From: Octopus bimaculoides
Taxonomy: Eukaryota
Length of the DNA: 64,000 bases
NCBI RefSeq assembly: GCF_001194135.2
Contig: NC_069001.1
Span: 18,327,257 to 18,391,256 of the forward strand
Direction of reading: 5' to 3'
In this document: in pieces, positions 50,690-62,555 of the stretch
Layout of the letters: every line of letters starts with the position of its first letter
Numbering within the stretch: position 1 is the stretch's first letter
Notes under the pieces: generated by a model
What the model saw: only the letters and a program-made list of their open reading frames with translations
Databases searched by the model: none
What the model was told of the DNA's origin: nothing
Translations under genes and position numbers: made by a program

Positions 50690-53600
50690 AGTTGAGATAT
50701 ATTCTGAAGGTTTTTCACTATAGTTTAATGTGAAGAAAAAATAAATTTGCTTATTTTCCGCCAATGCGTTGCGCATCAATTCACGTATTTGTTCCGGCCA
50801 GGCGGATAACGTGAGCTATCAGTAAAAATGATTTTGCTGAATTTTGCTGAAGAAAACTAAGCGTTCGTGTCAGCACAGTGTTTTCCCACTTGGTATGTTT
50901 TTCTGAAGAGATCAAAGCGGTTTGCAATGTATAGTGGTTCAGTGGATGGTGCCCTTGAGCCGACTATGGTGATCTAACACTGTTTTGTCCGAGACAAAAG
51001 TTTGTTGTTTATCACAAACTGCAATGGAAATGCTTTACAAACGTATTTGAAGTGTTGTTCACTAATTTCATTTCAATCACTGCATGGCATACTTTCTCAC
51101 GTAATAGCTCCGGCTGGGCGGATAACGTGCGCTATGAAGAAACAAAGTTTTACTTATTTCCAAATGAAAACAATTCAGGTCAGAGTTGTCTCTCTTGGTA
51201 TCTCCTTACGAAGGGAATTAAACGGTGCACAATGCAACCAATAGTTCAGTTGCGGGCGCTTTAAGCTGACTATGGTATAGTAAGCAGAGCAGCGTTGATG
51301 GCATTAAAACCTTAGGCAATTCAGAAAAATGGGTCCTGTGATACCAATTTATAGACAGCAAACCACAGCGCACATAAGATTTGAATGAGGACCCCATGGT
51401 CATGAGGAAGCCGGGTAATGGCCCAGTAAGCGAATACCTCCAGACATTACTCGTTCTAACACATTTCTGTTTTAAGACAGATTTCTATTCTTTCACAACA
51501 AAATGAAATAATAAAACATACAACAGGTTGAAATGTCTTTTAAATATATATATCAACTGTTCTTCAGTATGATTTTGTTATTCACCGGCAGTGCTACCCT
51601 AAGTCTACACACGGGTTTGTGATTGCTATAATATGGCGTGAATATAGACGTATAGAAGAGAGTGTCGAAACTGAGAAACTACATTAAGCTTCCGTGTAGG
51701 CAGGTACTACTCTTTCTAACTACGTAATAGCTCCGTCTATGATACGTAATAGCTCCGTTGTGATATGTAGAAATTTAAAATATGAAGTAAAGCTCCGCTG
51801 AAATATATTTAAATTACGTTGATTATAGTTTGACGTGCAGCAAAGATTTCTCGGCTAAGACAAATAGGGTTAGAGAAGAATGGAGATTTAAAGATGGTCA
51901 ACACATGTTTGAAAGGAAAATAGAATTTTCTCATTTTCCGTAAATGCCTCGCACATCAATTCACATATTTGTTCCGGCCAGCCGAATAACGCGAGCTACC
52001 AGTAAAATTGTTTTTACTGATTTCCGATGAAGATAGCTATGCGTCCGAGTCAGCGAGACTGTTGTCCCTCTTGGCATATTTCTAAGAGAGGATCAATACG
52101 ATTTGCCATGTATTCACTAGTTGAGTGAATGGTGTCTTCAGCCGACTATTAAGTTCTCGTCTTACGCAAAACTTTGTTCTTCACTATAAACAGCAGTGGA
52201 AATGAATTGTAGGTGAAAATATCTGGCATACGTGGTTGAAATGATATCCCGTAATATTATTCTCCATCACTGTTTGAAATACTTTCTCACGTAAAAGCTC
52301 CGGCTGGGCGGATAACGTGCGCAATGTATGAGTAATTAATTGTTTACGTATCTCCAAAATTAGGCGTTACCAACGATCAGCTCAGTCATGTCTCCCTTGT
52401 ATATGTTTCGGAAAGGAATAATTGTCCAGTCGGGGACCTCTACAGCTGATTATCCTTCTTCTACCAGAGCTGACTTTGTTGCATTATAGGCACCATTAAA
52501 ATCAGATAATTTTCTCCTTATATATATATCTCATTTTCGAGAGCAAAGTGCAGCGGACAGTGACGACATTGGTTCGTTTGTCTCATATTGCAGATGGTTA
52601 GTTGCCGAAAATGCCAATCTTTCTAGACAGCACTGGTTCTACCTCGAGTTTGTCATAGCCAGATTTCTTTTCTTTCACAACAAAATGCAATAATCAAACG
52701 CCATATCGGATAAAATGGCTTTTAAATATATTTCTAGAGATTTCTTCACTAGGTCTTTTTACAGTTATTTAGAAGGACATTATTCAAAAGTACTTTTAAA
52801 TTTCTGAATTGATAAAGTTCTATTTTCTATAGCAGAAGCCATGAGATTTAGCCCGATCAATTTAACTATATGCTACATTAACGAATGCGCTTCTACAAGG
52901 AGGAATATATATATATTGTTTTAAGAGCGAGAGAGTTGACCTAAAGAATGTGTGTATAGATGTGACAGGTTGTGATACGTAGAAATGCAAAATATGAAGT
53001 AAAGCCCAGTTGAAATATATTTAAAATTTTATTGACTATAGTTTGTCGTGCAGCAAATATGTCTCGGCTAAGACAAATAGGGTTAGAGAAGAATGGAGAT
53101 TTAAAGATGGTCAACACTGCATCAATTCATGTGTTTGTCCCGGCCAGCCGAATAACGCGAGCTACCAGTAAAATTGTTTATACTGATTTACGATGAAGAT
53201 AGCTATGCGTCCGAGTCAGCGAGACTGTTGTCTCTCTTGGCATGTTTTTAAGAGGGGATCAATACGATTTGCCATATATTCACTAGTTGAGTGAATGGTG
53301 TCTTCAGCCGACTATTAAGTTCTCGTCTTACGCAAAACTTTGTTCTTCACCATAAACAGCAGTGGAAATGAATTGTAGGTGAAAATATCTGGCATACGTG
53401 GTTGAAATGATATGCCGTAATATTATTCCCCATCACTGCTTGAAATACTTTCTCACGTAATAGCTCCGGCTGGGCGGATAACGTGCGCAATGTGTGAGTA
53501 ATTGTTTACGTATCTCCAAAAGTAGGCGTCGCCCACGAGCAGCTCAGTCATGTCTCCCTTGTATCTGTTTCGGAAAGGACTAATGGGTGTGCAAAACATC

Positions 53601-54350
53601 CCGTTGTCCAGTCGGGGACCTCTGCAGCTGATTATTCTTCTTCTACTAGAGCTGTCTTTGTTGCATTATAGGCACCATTAAAATCACTTAATTTCCTCCG
53701 TATATATATCTCATTTTCGAGAGCAAAGTGCAGCGGACAGTGACGACATTGGTTCGTTTGTCTCTTGCTGCAGACGGTTAGTTGCCGAAAATGCCAATCT
53801 TTCTAGGCAGCACTGGATCTACCTCGAGTTTGTCATAGCCAGATTTCTTATCTTTCACAACAAAATGCAATAATCAAACGCCATACCGGATAAAATGGCT
53901 TTTAAATATATTTCTAGAGATTTCTTCACTATGTTTTTTACAGTTATTTAGAAGGACATTATTCAAAATTACTTTTAAATTTTCTGAATTGCTAAAGTTC
54001 TATTTTCTATAGCAGAAGCCCTGAGATTTAGCCCGATCAATTTAACTTTATGCTACATTAACGAATGCGTTTCTACAAGGAGGAATATATATTGTCTTAA
54101 GAGCGAGAGAGGTGACCTAAAAATGTGTGTATTTTCTATTTTCTTTTACAGAAAACGTGAGATATGTGGCTCCCGATAAATGACGCAGCATCCCCATGTC
54201 TATTGGCAGCACTGGTTCCAATACGAGATTTATTTTCCTGCACGTCAGATTGTAATGAGAAAAGACTTCACCATTTCAAATATCTTTTAAATATATTTAA
54301 ACTGTTCTTAAGTATAGTTTTGTGATTTGTTGGATACCTTAGACGTACAT
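50690..54350. repeat. Nested direct-repeat array: two close ~1.2-kb copies, one older copy, and ~310-bp internal subunits
   Basis: 51758-52956 and 52970-54132 are highly similar; 50690-51560 is a diverged paralogue. Each contains two subunits carrying CCGGC..G.CG.ATAACG.G. No long ORF. Confidence 0.9.
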
Positions 54351-54454
54351 GATGATCACAAACGTTTGCTGTTACATCTAGTGGTATGGCTACAGAAAAC
54401 ATTGAAAATACGTTAGCCTACCTAGTCTTTTATTATTAAATTGAGTTATATGAA

Positions 54455-55160
54455 CTAAATTTGACGATTTTTTATGTCTCCTGTTTTCAGGAACAGCTTG
54501 ATGTATTAGTGAACCATTAACCGCGGTTGAGGGAATAGAGATTAAAGTTGTAGATGAGAAAAAGTTAACTGGCCTTGAGGACTGGAAGCTATCTGAGTAT
54601 TGGAGACGACTTACCTGTCTCAATGACTCCCAGCGGCTATCAAATTGTCGACCTACTTATGTACAAATAAATGTGTTGTGGTTGTTTGCAATAATGTTAC
54701 ACAAATGAATATAGACGACTGTTTCGATTCCGAGAAACTATCTTACACAAGTGGAGTCTCGAGTTACAACTCTTTCTAACCATTACAGAAGATATAACTG
54801 TGCTGCCTTATGCGATGTAGGCACAATGTTTACAGTCTATATATATATATTCTATTTATGTATCAACTAGGCGTGCCCGTACGCAAAATGTATAAAACAA
54901 ACGAAAGTAAAAAACAATGCAAAAAAAAAAAAACCTAGCTAACCTACTTTGTATCTAAAACAGTGTATTCGGGCTAAATTTGACGATGTTTATGTCTCCT
55001 GTTTTCAGGAACATCTTGATGTATTGGCGAATAGTCAACCGCATTGGAGAGCATGAAGATTAAAGTTTTAGTTGAGAAAAAACGAGCTGACATGGGGTAC
55101 TGAAAGCCATCTGAATATTGGAAAAGAGCTACATGTATAATAAGTTACCTGTATAATAAG
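54455..55160. repeat. Diverged direct duplication, 519-bp period
   Basis: CTAAATTTGACGAT.TTT..ATGTCTCCTGTTTTCAGGAACA.CTTGATGTATT begins at 54455 and at 54974. Confidence 0.85.
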
Positions 55161-55204
55161 AGTTACCTGTATGGTATCAAAGCGTCGATACCATAGCTGC
55201 TGCT

Positions 55205-57160
55205 CAATGCTCTATGAACATTGAAAAAGCTGTAAGATGTGTGACATCGGATAGCTGCAACGGTAACTACGAAGCTGTGGTCAACAGGAAGGGTCACGAC
55301 CGGCATTCTAACTGCGTCCGCCTGCTCGAGTTCGTGCCCACGTCTTTGACGAGGGCCTTAGGCTCAATTCAGACGGCTCTGTGGAGCTGCTGGAGACTGT
55401 GGTCAATCCCTGGCTGGAGAGGATTGCTGCTGGAAGACCATATTTGTGACAGCAGGATTCGGCTCCTTGCTGGGTTATTTGTCGGGAGCCTCATGGGCCT
55501 AGGGGCCCAATTCTAATCCACGGACACTTGTTTGTAGTCAGTAAATAAAGACCATATTTGTGGCAGCATATGGAAGACCATATTTGTGGCAGCAGGATTT
55601 GGCTCCAGAAAAAATCAAAGTGTTTGTCGGAGAATTTCTACCAGCCCCAATTTCTGGCCTCGGATTGTAACCCCATGGATTACCATGAGAAGCTCGCATT
55701 TGAGAAAGATACCAACCGCACTTCCTACAACACCAAAGCTGAGCTGGTGACTAAGATCAAGGAAGTATTGGAAGATCTTCACAAGGACACATAAGTGTTA
55801 CGAATGGCCCAAAATGTGAAATGGCAGCAACATATGACAAATGAATGCCTTTATGGTGACCTGCCGAAAGTTAGCGAGAAGATCAGGCAATGACGGCTGC
55901 GAATATCTGGTCTCTGCGTGCGCCACTCTGCACTGGAAGCCATCCGAATTAGTATTGCGAACCCACTTCACGGTGATGTAAGAGGAAAACATTGTCACAC
56001 TTACACTGAGAACTTGATTGCAGACTCTGGACTGGAATGAATCCAGGATCTAGAAGCAATGATGAAGGACAGAGAAATGTGGCGGGTGGACTTTGTTGCT
56101 ATGGCCCGGGCTGGAACCCCTCTTCAGTAATAGTAGGGACACTGTGTAAGCAATAAGGACTCTATGGCCCAGTGCACAGATTTGCTTACAGCCTATAATG
56201 CCGTTAAGGCAACCCTGGTTACAATACACCATAGTCAGCTCAAGGCGCCCTCTACAGGACTGGTGGATACATTGTAAACCCGTTAGTTCCCATCGAAACA
56301 AGATACAAAGAGAGAGACATGGGGATGCTGGGCCNNNNNNNNNNATTTCTACCAGCCCCAATTTCTGGCCTCGGATTGTAATCCCATGGATTACCATGAG
56401 AAACTCGCATTTGAGAAAGATACCAACCGCACTTCCTACAACGCCAAAGCTGAGCTGGTGACCAAGATCAAAGAATTGTTGGAAGATCTTCACAAGGACA
56501 CAAGAGTGCTACGAATGGCCCTAAATGTGAAATTGCAGCAACATATGACAAATGAATGCCTTTATGGTGACCTGCCAAAAGTTAGCGGGAAGATCAGGCA
56601 AGGACGGCTGCGAATATGTGGTCTCTGCGTTGACACTCTGCACTGGAAGCCATCCAAATTAGTGTTGCGGAACCCACTTCATGGTGATGTAAGAAGAGGA
56701 AAACATTGTCACACTTACACTGAGAACTCAATTGCAGACTCTGGACTGGAATGTATCCAGGATCTAGAAGCAATAATGAAGGACGGAGAAATGTGGCGGG
56801 TGGACTTTGTTGCTACGGCCCGGGATGGAATCCCCCTACAGTAATAGTAGGGACACTGTGTAAGCAATAAAGTCTCTATGGCCCAGTGCACAGATTTGCT
56901 TACAGCCTATAATGCCGTTAAGGCAACCCTGGTTACAATACACCATAGTCAGCTTAAGGCGCCCTCTACAGGATTGGTGGATACATTGTAAACCCTTTAG
57001 TTCCCATCGAAACAAGATACAAGGAGAGAGATATGGGGATGCTAGGTTATTTATCGGGAGCCTCATGGGCCTAGGGGCCCAATTCTAATCCAAAGACACT
57101 GTTGATTGTAGTCAGTAAATAAAGATTATGCACCAGGATCCGGAGCCGTCTTGAAGCAGG
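55205..57160 (+). mobile_element. Deleted maT/DD37D-type mariner interrupted by RTE-like LINE 3' ends and tandemly duplicated
   Basis: Mariner motifs YEAVVNRKGH..SNCVR, PWLERIAAGRPYL..QDSAPC and DCNPMDY..EKDTNR; mariner sequence resumes at 57127 (..RSRLEA). LINE parts read RMALNVK.QQHMTNECLYGDLPKVS.KIRQ.RLR at 55800-56330 and 56500-57122. Confidence 0.8.
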
Positions 57161-57521
57161 GATGGAAGGTAAAGCCNNNNNNNNNNAAGAGAAGGAAAAT
57201 CATGCCCTTATTTAGAAGAAAAATAGCAAATTATGATGTCATAATAAAAGCGTATCAAAATTTTCAGTCGAATTTATGCAAAGAAATGAAATTTATCAAT
57301 ATTTTTTATCTCCCTTTAATTTGCTGACGTGAAAAATCAGTATTGAAATGACGTCATAAAATATATTTTTCAAATTTTACAAAATGTCTTCCTTCAAGAA
57401 AATATTGTAATTTAAAAACAAAGATCTTTTGTTATTTACTGTGAAAACATTTATTTATATATAAATCATTTATTTATATAAAAAACACTTATTTTTGCGG
57501 ATTAACATCCGCACGATTACT

Positions 57522-57662
57522 TAACCCTAACACTAACCCTAAACCATAACCTTAAACCCTAACCCTAAAACCCTAACCCTGACCCTAAACCATAACCTTA
57601 AACCCTAACCCTAAACCCTAACCCTGACCCTAAAACTGTAACCGTAACACTAACCCTAACCC
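57522..57662. repeat. Interstitial degenerate (TAACCC)n telomere-like tract
   Basis: About 20 variant units (TAACCC, TAAACCC, TGACCC, TAACCA). Confidence 0.9.
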
Positions 57663-58846
57663 GGTAATCTTCAAGTTTAGGAAGTTAAAAAAAGAAAACA
57701 AAAAATATTCAAGGGAAATAACTGAACGACTTACCAGTATTGTCCGTACTACTCTGAAATGTGTTTTCTTTTAGCTGTTTATAAATAAATCACACACGTG
57801 TTTTTTTTTGTTTTTTTACACACGCGCTTTTTTTTCGAAAACAGCATGCGACAGAAGGAGAGAACTTTGTCGATGGAAATGATAATGAAATTCAACAGAT
57901 ATTAGATATTTATTCAAGGGTCACCATGCAGTTCTAGAAATTAACCTACTCAACATTATAAACGTCAGANNNNNNNNNNNNNNNNNNNNNNNNNNNNNNN
58001 NNNNNNNNNNNNNNNNNNNNNNNNNNNNNNNNNNNNNNNNNNNNNNNNNNNNNNNNNNNNNNNNNNNNNNNNNNNNNNNNNNNNNNNNNNNNNNNNNNNN
58101 NNNNNNNNNNNNNNNNNNNNNNNNNNNNNNNNNNNNNNNNNNNNNNNNNNNNNNNNNNNNNNNNNNNNNNNNNNNNNNNNNNNNNNNNNNNNNNNNNNNN
58201 NNNNNNNNNNNNNNNNNNNNNNNNNNNNNNNNNNNNNNNNNNNNNNNNNNNNNNNNNNNNNNNNNNNNNNNNNNNNNNNNNNNNNNNNNNNNNNNNNNNN
58301 NNNNNNNNNNNNNNNNNNNNNNNNNNNNNNNNNNNNNNNNNNNNNNNNNNNNNNNNNNNNNNNNNNNNNNNNNNNNNNNNNNNNNNNNNNNNNNNNNNNN
58401 NNNNNNNNNNNNNNNNNNNNNNNNNNNNNNNNNNNNNNNNNNNNNNNNNNNNNNNNNNNNNNNNNNNNNNNNNNNNNNNNNNNNNNNNNNNNNNNNNNNN
58501 NNNNNNNNNNNNNNNNNNNNNNNNNNNNNNNNNNNNNNNNNNNNNNNNNNNNNNNNNNNNNNNNNNNNNNNNNNNNNNNNNNNNNNNNNNNNNNNNNNNN
58601 NNNNNNNNNNNNNNNNNNNNNNNNNNNNNNNNNNNNNNNNNNNNNNNNNNNNNNNNNNNNNNNNNNNNNNNNNNNNNNNNNNNNNNNNNNNNNNNNNNNN
58701 NNNNNNNNNNNNNNNNNNNNNNNNNNNNNNNNNNNNNNNNNNNNNNNNNNNNNNNNNNNNNNNNNNNNNNNNNNNNNNNNNNNNNNNNNNNNNNNNNNNN
58801 NNNNNNNNNNNNNNNNNNNNNNNNNNNNNNNNNNNNNNNNNNNNNN

Positions 58847-58885
<39 letters not shown>

Positions 58886-59174
58886 CTACTCGTTTCGTTT
58901 CATCATCGCATATATATGTGTGTGTGCGAGTGAGTCTTCGTGTCTGTGTTCGTTCTCCTTACCACCACCACAACCAACACTACCACCATCATCATCATCA
59001 TTAATACCCACCTCCCGGATTTCTCTCTCCCAGCAACCCACTAAGACTTCGACCTTAGTTATGTTGTCCAAGTTAGACCTTAAAAACACCGATCTAACCA
59101 GTCTGGAAGAAAGTAAAGAAGGAAGAAACGCACGTTCACTTATCCTCTGAACTAAGTTTTCTTTTTTTATATCA

Positions 59175-59545
59175 CCTATCACTTAACGCATGCGCATAAG
59201 TGTAATTCCGTGAAATATTCACGCTTATTTACGTGGCAGATATGTGCAATTTAATTAAAGGTTGTATCACATGTATGGCGATATTTTTTTTGTTTATGGG
59301 GAAAATAGAAAAATAAGAGTGAATACTTATTTTATGAGTGCTATGTATTAAGTCTATAAAATTGTGCACAAAGTATATAAAGAGTGTAAAGTGCATTAAG
59401 TAATCATAGTATTCCAATTTCTTTCATTTTTCAATGAGTAGCAGACGAGCGACTGTTTTTCCATACAGACACAACACAAGCTACGCTTTCAGGATTTTTG
59501 GACAAAGTTTTCAGACATAATCTCCGTGAAATATTCACGGGTCCC
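59175..59545. promoter_or_regulatory. Putative promoter-like cluster of palindromic sites
   Basis: NRF1-like ACGCATGCGCA inside a CACTTA...TAAGTG palindrome (59180-59202); CCGTGAAATATTCACG(C/G) twice (59208, 59524). Motif inference only. Confidence 0.3.
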
Positions 59546-59637
59546 GCTAGTAGAAGTAATAATAAACTTTATTTCTTGTACCTTGACTGGTTAGATTCGA
59601 ACAAAAATAAATGAGATTGCTCACTCTCGAGAGCACG

Positions 59638-59830
59638 TAGAGGTGCGTGGCTCAGTGGTTAGGGTGTTGGACTGATGATTGTAAGATTGTGGATCGATTT
59701 GTGGGCAAAATACTTCATTTCACGTTGTTCCAGTCCAAAAACGAATAATCCTGCGACGGACTGGCGTCCTGTCTAGGCGAGGAATTAATACGCTGGGAAA
59801 CCGACCCTTGTGAGTAATCATGACTTGAGA
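59638..59830 (+). mobile_element. CORE-like SINE, internally deleted
   Basis: GAGGTGCGTGGCTCAGTGGTTAGGGTGTTGGAC...AAAATACTTCATTTCACGTTG. Confidence 0.8.
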
Positions 59831-60329
59831 AGGCAATTTTTTTCTTTTCTCCCGAAAGTATTACTTACCTGGTTTACATGTGAGCTGCAATCGTAAAACG
59901 TAAACAAACCTCGGACTTGTGATAGAAAAATGGAAGCAAAACCTCTGATTCCAGAAATTCTTGTATTTTATATGAGAGCAATCAATAAAAGTTACATTGG
60001 TTCACACAAGCTGGAATCTCTAGACTGTTATTTATCAAAGAGAAGTGCAGTCAAACGTAGCTGTGAAGTTGTGTTTACTCAATCACGTGGTGTCCGATGT
60101 AGATATTTTCCAAAGCCGAAAATTGCTTATAACTGCGTAAAAACCAATTGAATTGAAATATTTTGTGAATTAAAGCACTCTTATAGTAATGTATTTAATC
60201 GTGAGACCACTCCAATTTCAGCTCAATTCGACCCAATTGCAATTTTTCAAGGTTTTCCAAGGAGCTTAATATCTACGTCTCAGCAAGTTGCCGCTATCTT
60301 GAATATATTTACGTGTTAATGTATGTATT

Positions 60330-60338
60330 TAATGTATG

Positions 60339-60372
<34 letters not shown>

Positions 60373-60444
60373 TGTATGTATGTATGTTTGTATGTATGTA
60401 TGTATGTACGTATGCATGTATGTACGTATGCATGTATGTACGCA

Positions 60445-60484
<40 letters not shown>

Positions 60485-60665
60485 CTTGTGTTCGTTGCCC
60501 ACCACGGCTTTACAAACGGTGCTAGCTTGTTTACTTCCCTATAACTTAGCGGTTCAGCAAAAGTAACCGATAGAATAAGTACTTAAAAAGCTTTAAAAAA
60601 TCCTAGGGTCGCTTCGCTCGACTAAAACCCTTCAAGGAGATGCTTCAGCATGGCCGCAATCCAGA
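60330..60665 (+). mobile_element. (TATG)n/(TG)n tract followed by OR-type SINE 3' part
   Basis: CCCTATAACTTAGCGGTTCAGCAAAA...GATAGAATAAGTAC...CAGCATGGCCGCA. Confidence 0.8.
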
Positions 60666-61220
60666 CTTTTGTTGTTTTTGCTTTTTGATTCGCCTATGCA
60701 TGTATGTGTATATGAACATTAATATGAATCTATGTATACATATGCGCGTATATCTGCATATGCCGATGTATATGTTGATGTGTGCGTGTATGTGTGTGTA
60801 TATATGTTAGGTCGATGTTTTTCACTTAAAAAAAAAACAAAAAAATTCTCAACAGTGTATGTGCACTTTTAACACTTGTTTGTTCTAGAACCAATGATGA
60901 TAATATGATGACGATGATATACACATTTATACATATACCTAAACACATACACACACACACATACACACATATACACCCACACATACATACATACATACAT
61001 ACATACATGCATACATAGATGCATATATACATACATATACATACATATGTTTATGAATGTATGTACGCATGCATATAGAATGTTTACGTTTATTGTCAAG
61101 TGCATGTTTGTATAATAAACATGGATATGTTTATCACTTCTATTTAAAAACACATTCAATCACACATGTATGTGTATGTGCGTGTATGTGCGTGCCTGTG
61201 CGTGTCCGTGTTTGTGTGTG

Positions 61221-61254
<34 letters not shown>

Positions 61255-61829
61255 TGTGTGTGTTGATATGCATACACGTATGTATGTATGTATGTATGTA
61301 TGTATGTATGTATGTATATGTATGTCTTTCATGTATTTTGTACTCATTTGTCTCTTTCGTCCAACCCACAACTCCCGTTAATCCCCAAAATTCCTCTCTA
61401 CGCCCTCCAACGCCACTCTTTCCACAATGTACCCCTGTCATTGCCCACCACTCTGCTCCCTGCTATGATTCAATCTGTATTTATTTACACACACAAACTC
61501 ACACAAAAACACGCATTCACGCATATACACACAGCCACACGCACGCACACAGACACACACATACAGACACACACACAGACACACACACTCCCGAAGTTCT
61601 ATTTTTGTTAATTATCAATATATTACCCATCCTTGTATTGCAGTCAGAGATAGAACAGCTAAATAATAAACAAAGTAAAAATAAACAACAAATAAACAAG
61701 AAAAACAAAACCCACGTAAAACTAGAACCGCAGTTCCTGGGGTGCAGAAAATGGACTCTATTCAAAAATTTAAAAGGCTGTAGTGTAGAATGTACAATAT
61801 AATTAATTATATTCATCTTTCAAAAGTGT

Positions 61830-62060
61830 GAAGGCGCGTGGCCTTGTGGTTAGACCATTGCACGGTCGCGTTTTCAATTCTCTGAGAAGCCAGTGCGTTC
61901 TGTTCTTGAGAAAAATACTTCATTTCACGTTGCTCCAGTTCACTCAGCTGTAAGTAACTCTGCGATGGACTGGCGTTACGTTTATAGAGGATGTTATGAT
62001 CTCAATCACTTGTATACCGTAGAAACTGGGTAACCAGCGCTATAGGTTCGAGAACTCGAG
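61830..62060 (+). mobile_element. CORE-like SINE
   Basis: GAAGGCGCGTGGCC.TGTGGTTAG...TTCATTTCACGTTGCTCCAGTTCACTCAGCTG. Confidence 0.8.
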
Positions 62061-62394
62061 ACAGTACCTAATTCTCTCTTTTCAAAAGAGAGATAAAATC
62101 GAGTTGAATAAACATTTTGAGTACATCAGTCCTTTTGAAATATTTGTGGTCTGAGGGGAAGTTCATTTGGATACCGGGCCATTGGTGAGGGGAAAGGGTG
62201 GGAACCACTGGTCTATGTAGTCGCTCGTCTTGTTAGAAACTGCAGCCAAACGCCCTCAAATCACATCTTACTTTCCTGCTAACAATAAACATCCCATTAA
62301 CTTGTGTAATCTCATTATAATGGGTGATCATGGTTGGACGGTCTTAGGTCGTACACTAGTGTCTCCCAAAGGAAGATCACATATATAATGTATA

Positions 62395-62555
62395 GGTGCA
62401 GGCGTGGCTGTGTGGTAGGAAGCTTGCTTCTCTACCACATGGTTCTGGGTTCAGTGCCACTGTGTGACACATTGGGCAAATGTTTTCTACTATAGTGTCG
62501 GGTCGACCAAAACCTTGTGAGTGGATTTGGTAGACAGAAACTGAAAGATGCCCAT
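62395..62555 (+). mobile_element. OR-type SINE 5' part
   Basis: GTGCAGGCGTGGCTGTGTGGTAGGAAGCTTGCTT...GGGTTCAGTGCCACTG...GGAAACTGAAAGA-like end. Confidence 0.85.

Noticed and set aside
50761-52200. Same-frame peptide similarity between subunits (H.F.PA.RIT.A)
   Set aside because: Multiple in-frame stops, and third codon positions are not preferentially variable; it simply reflects nucleotide similarity.
59860-59872. Match to the U1 snRNA 5' end (TACTTACCTGG)
   Set aside because: Only about 11 nt match and no U1 body follows; better read as a minus-strand donor site.
60313-61802. YVCM/HTYI-repeat ORFs (also 19770-20065, 21363-22007, 25869-26385)
   Set aside because: Artefacts of (TATG)n and (CA)n tracts.
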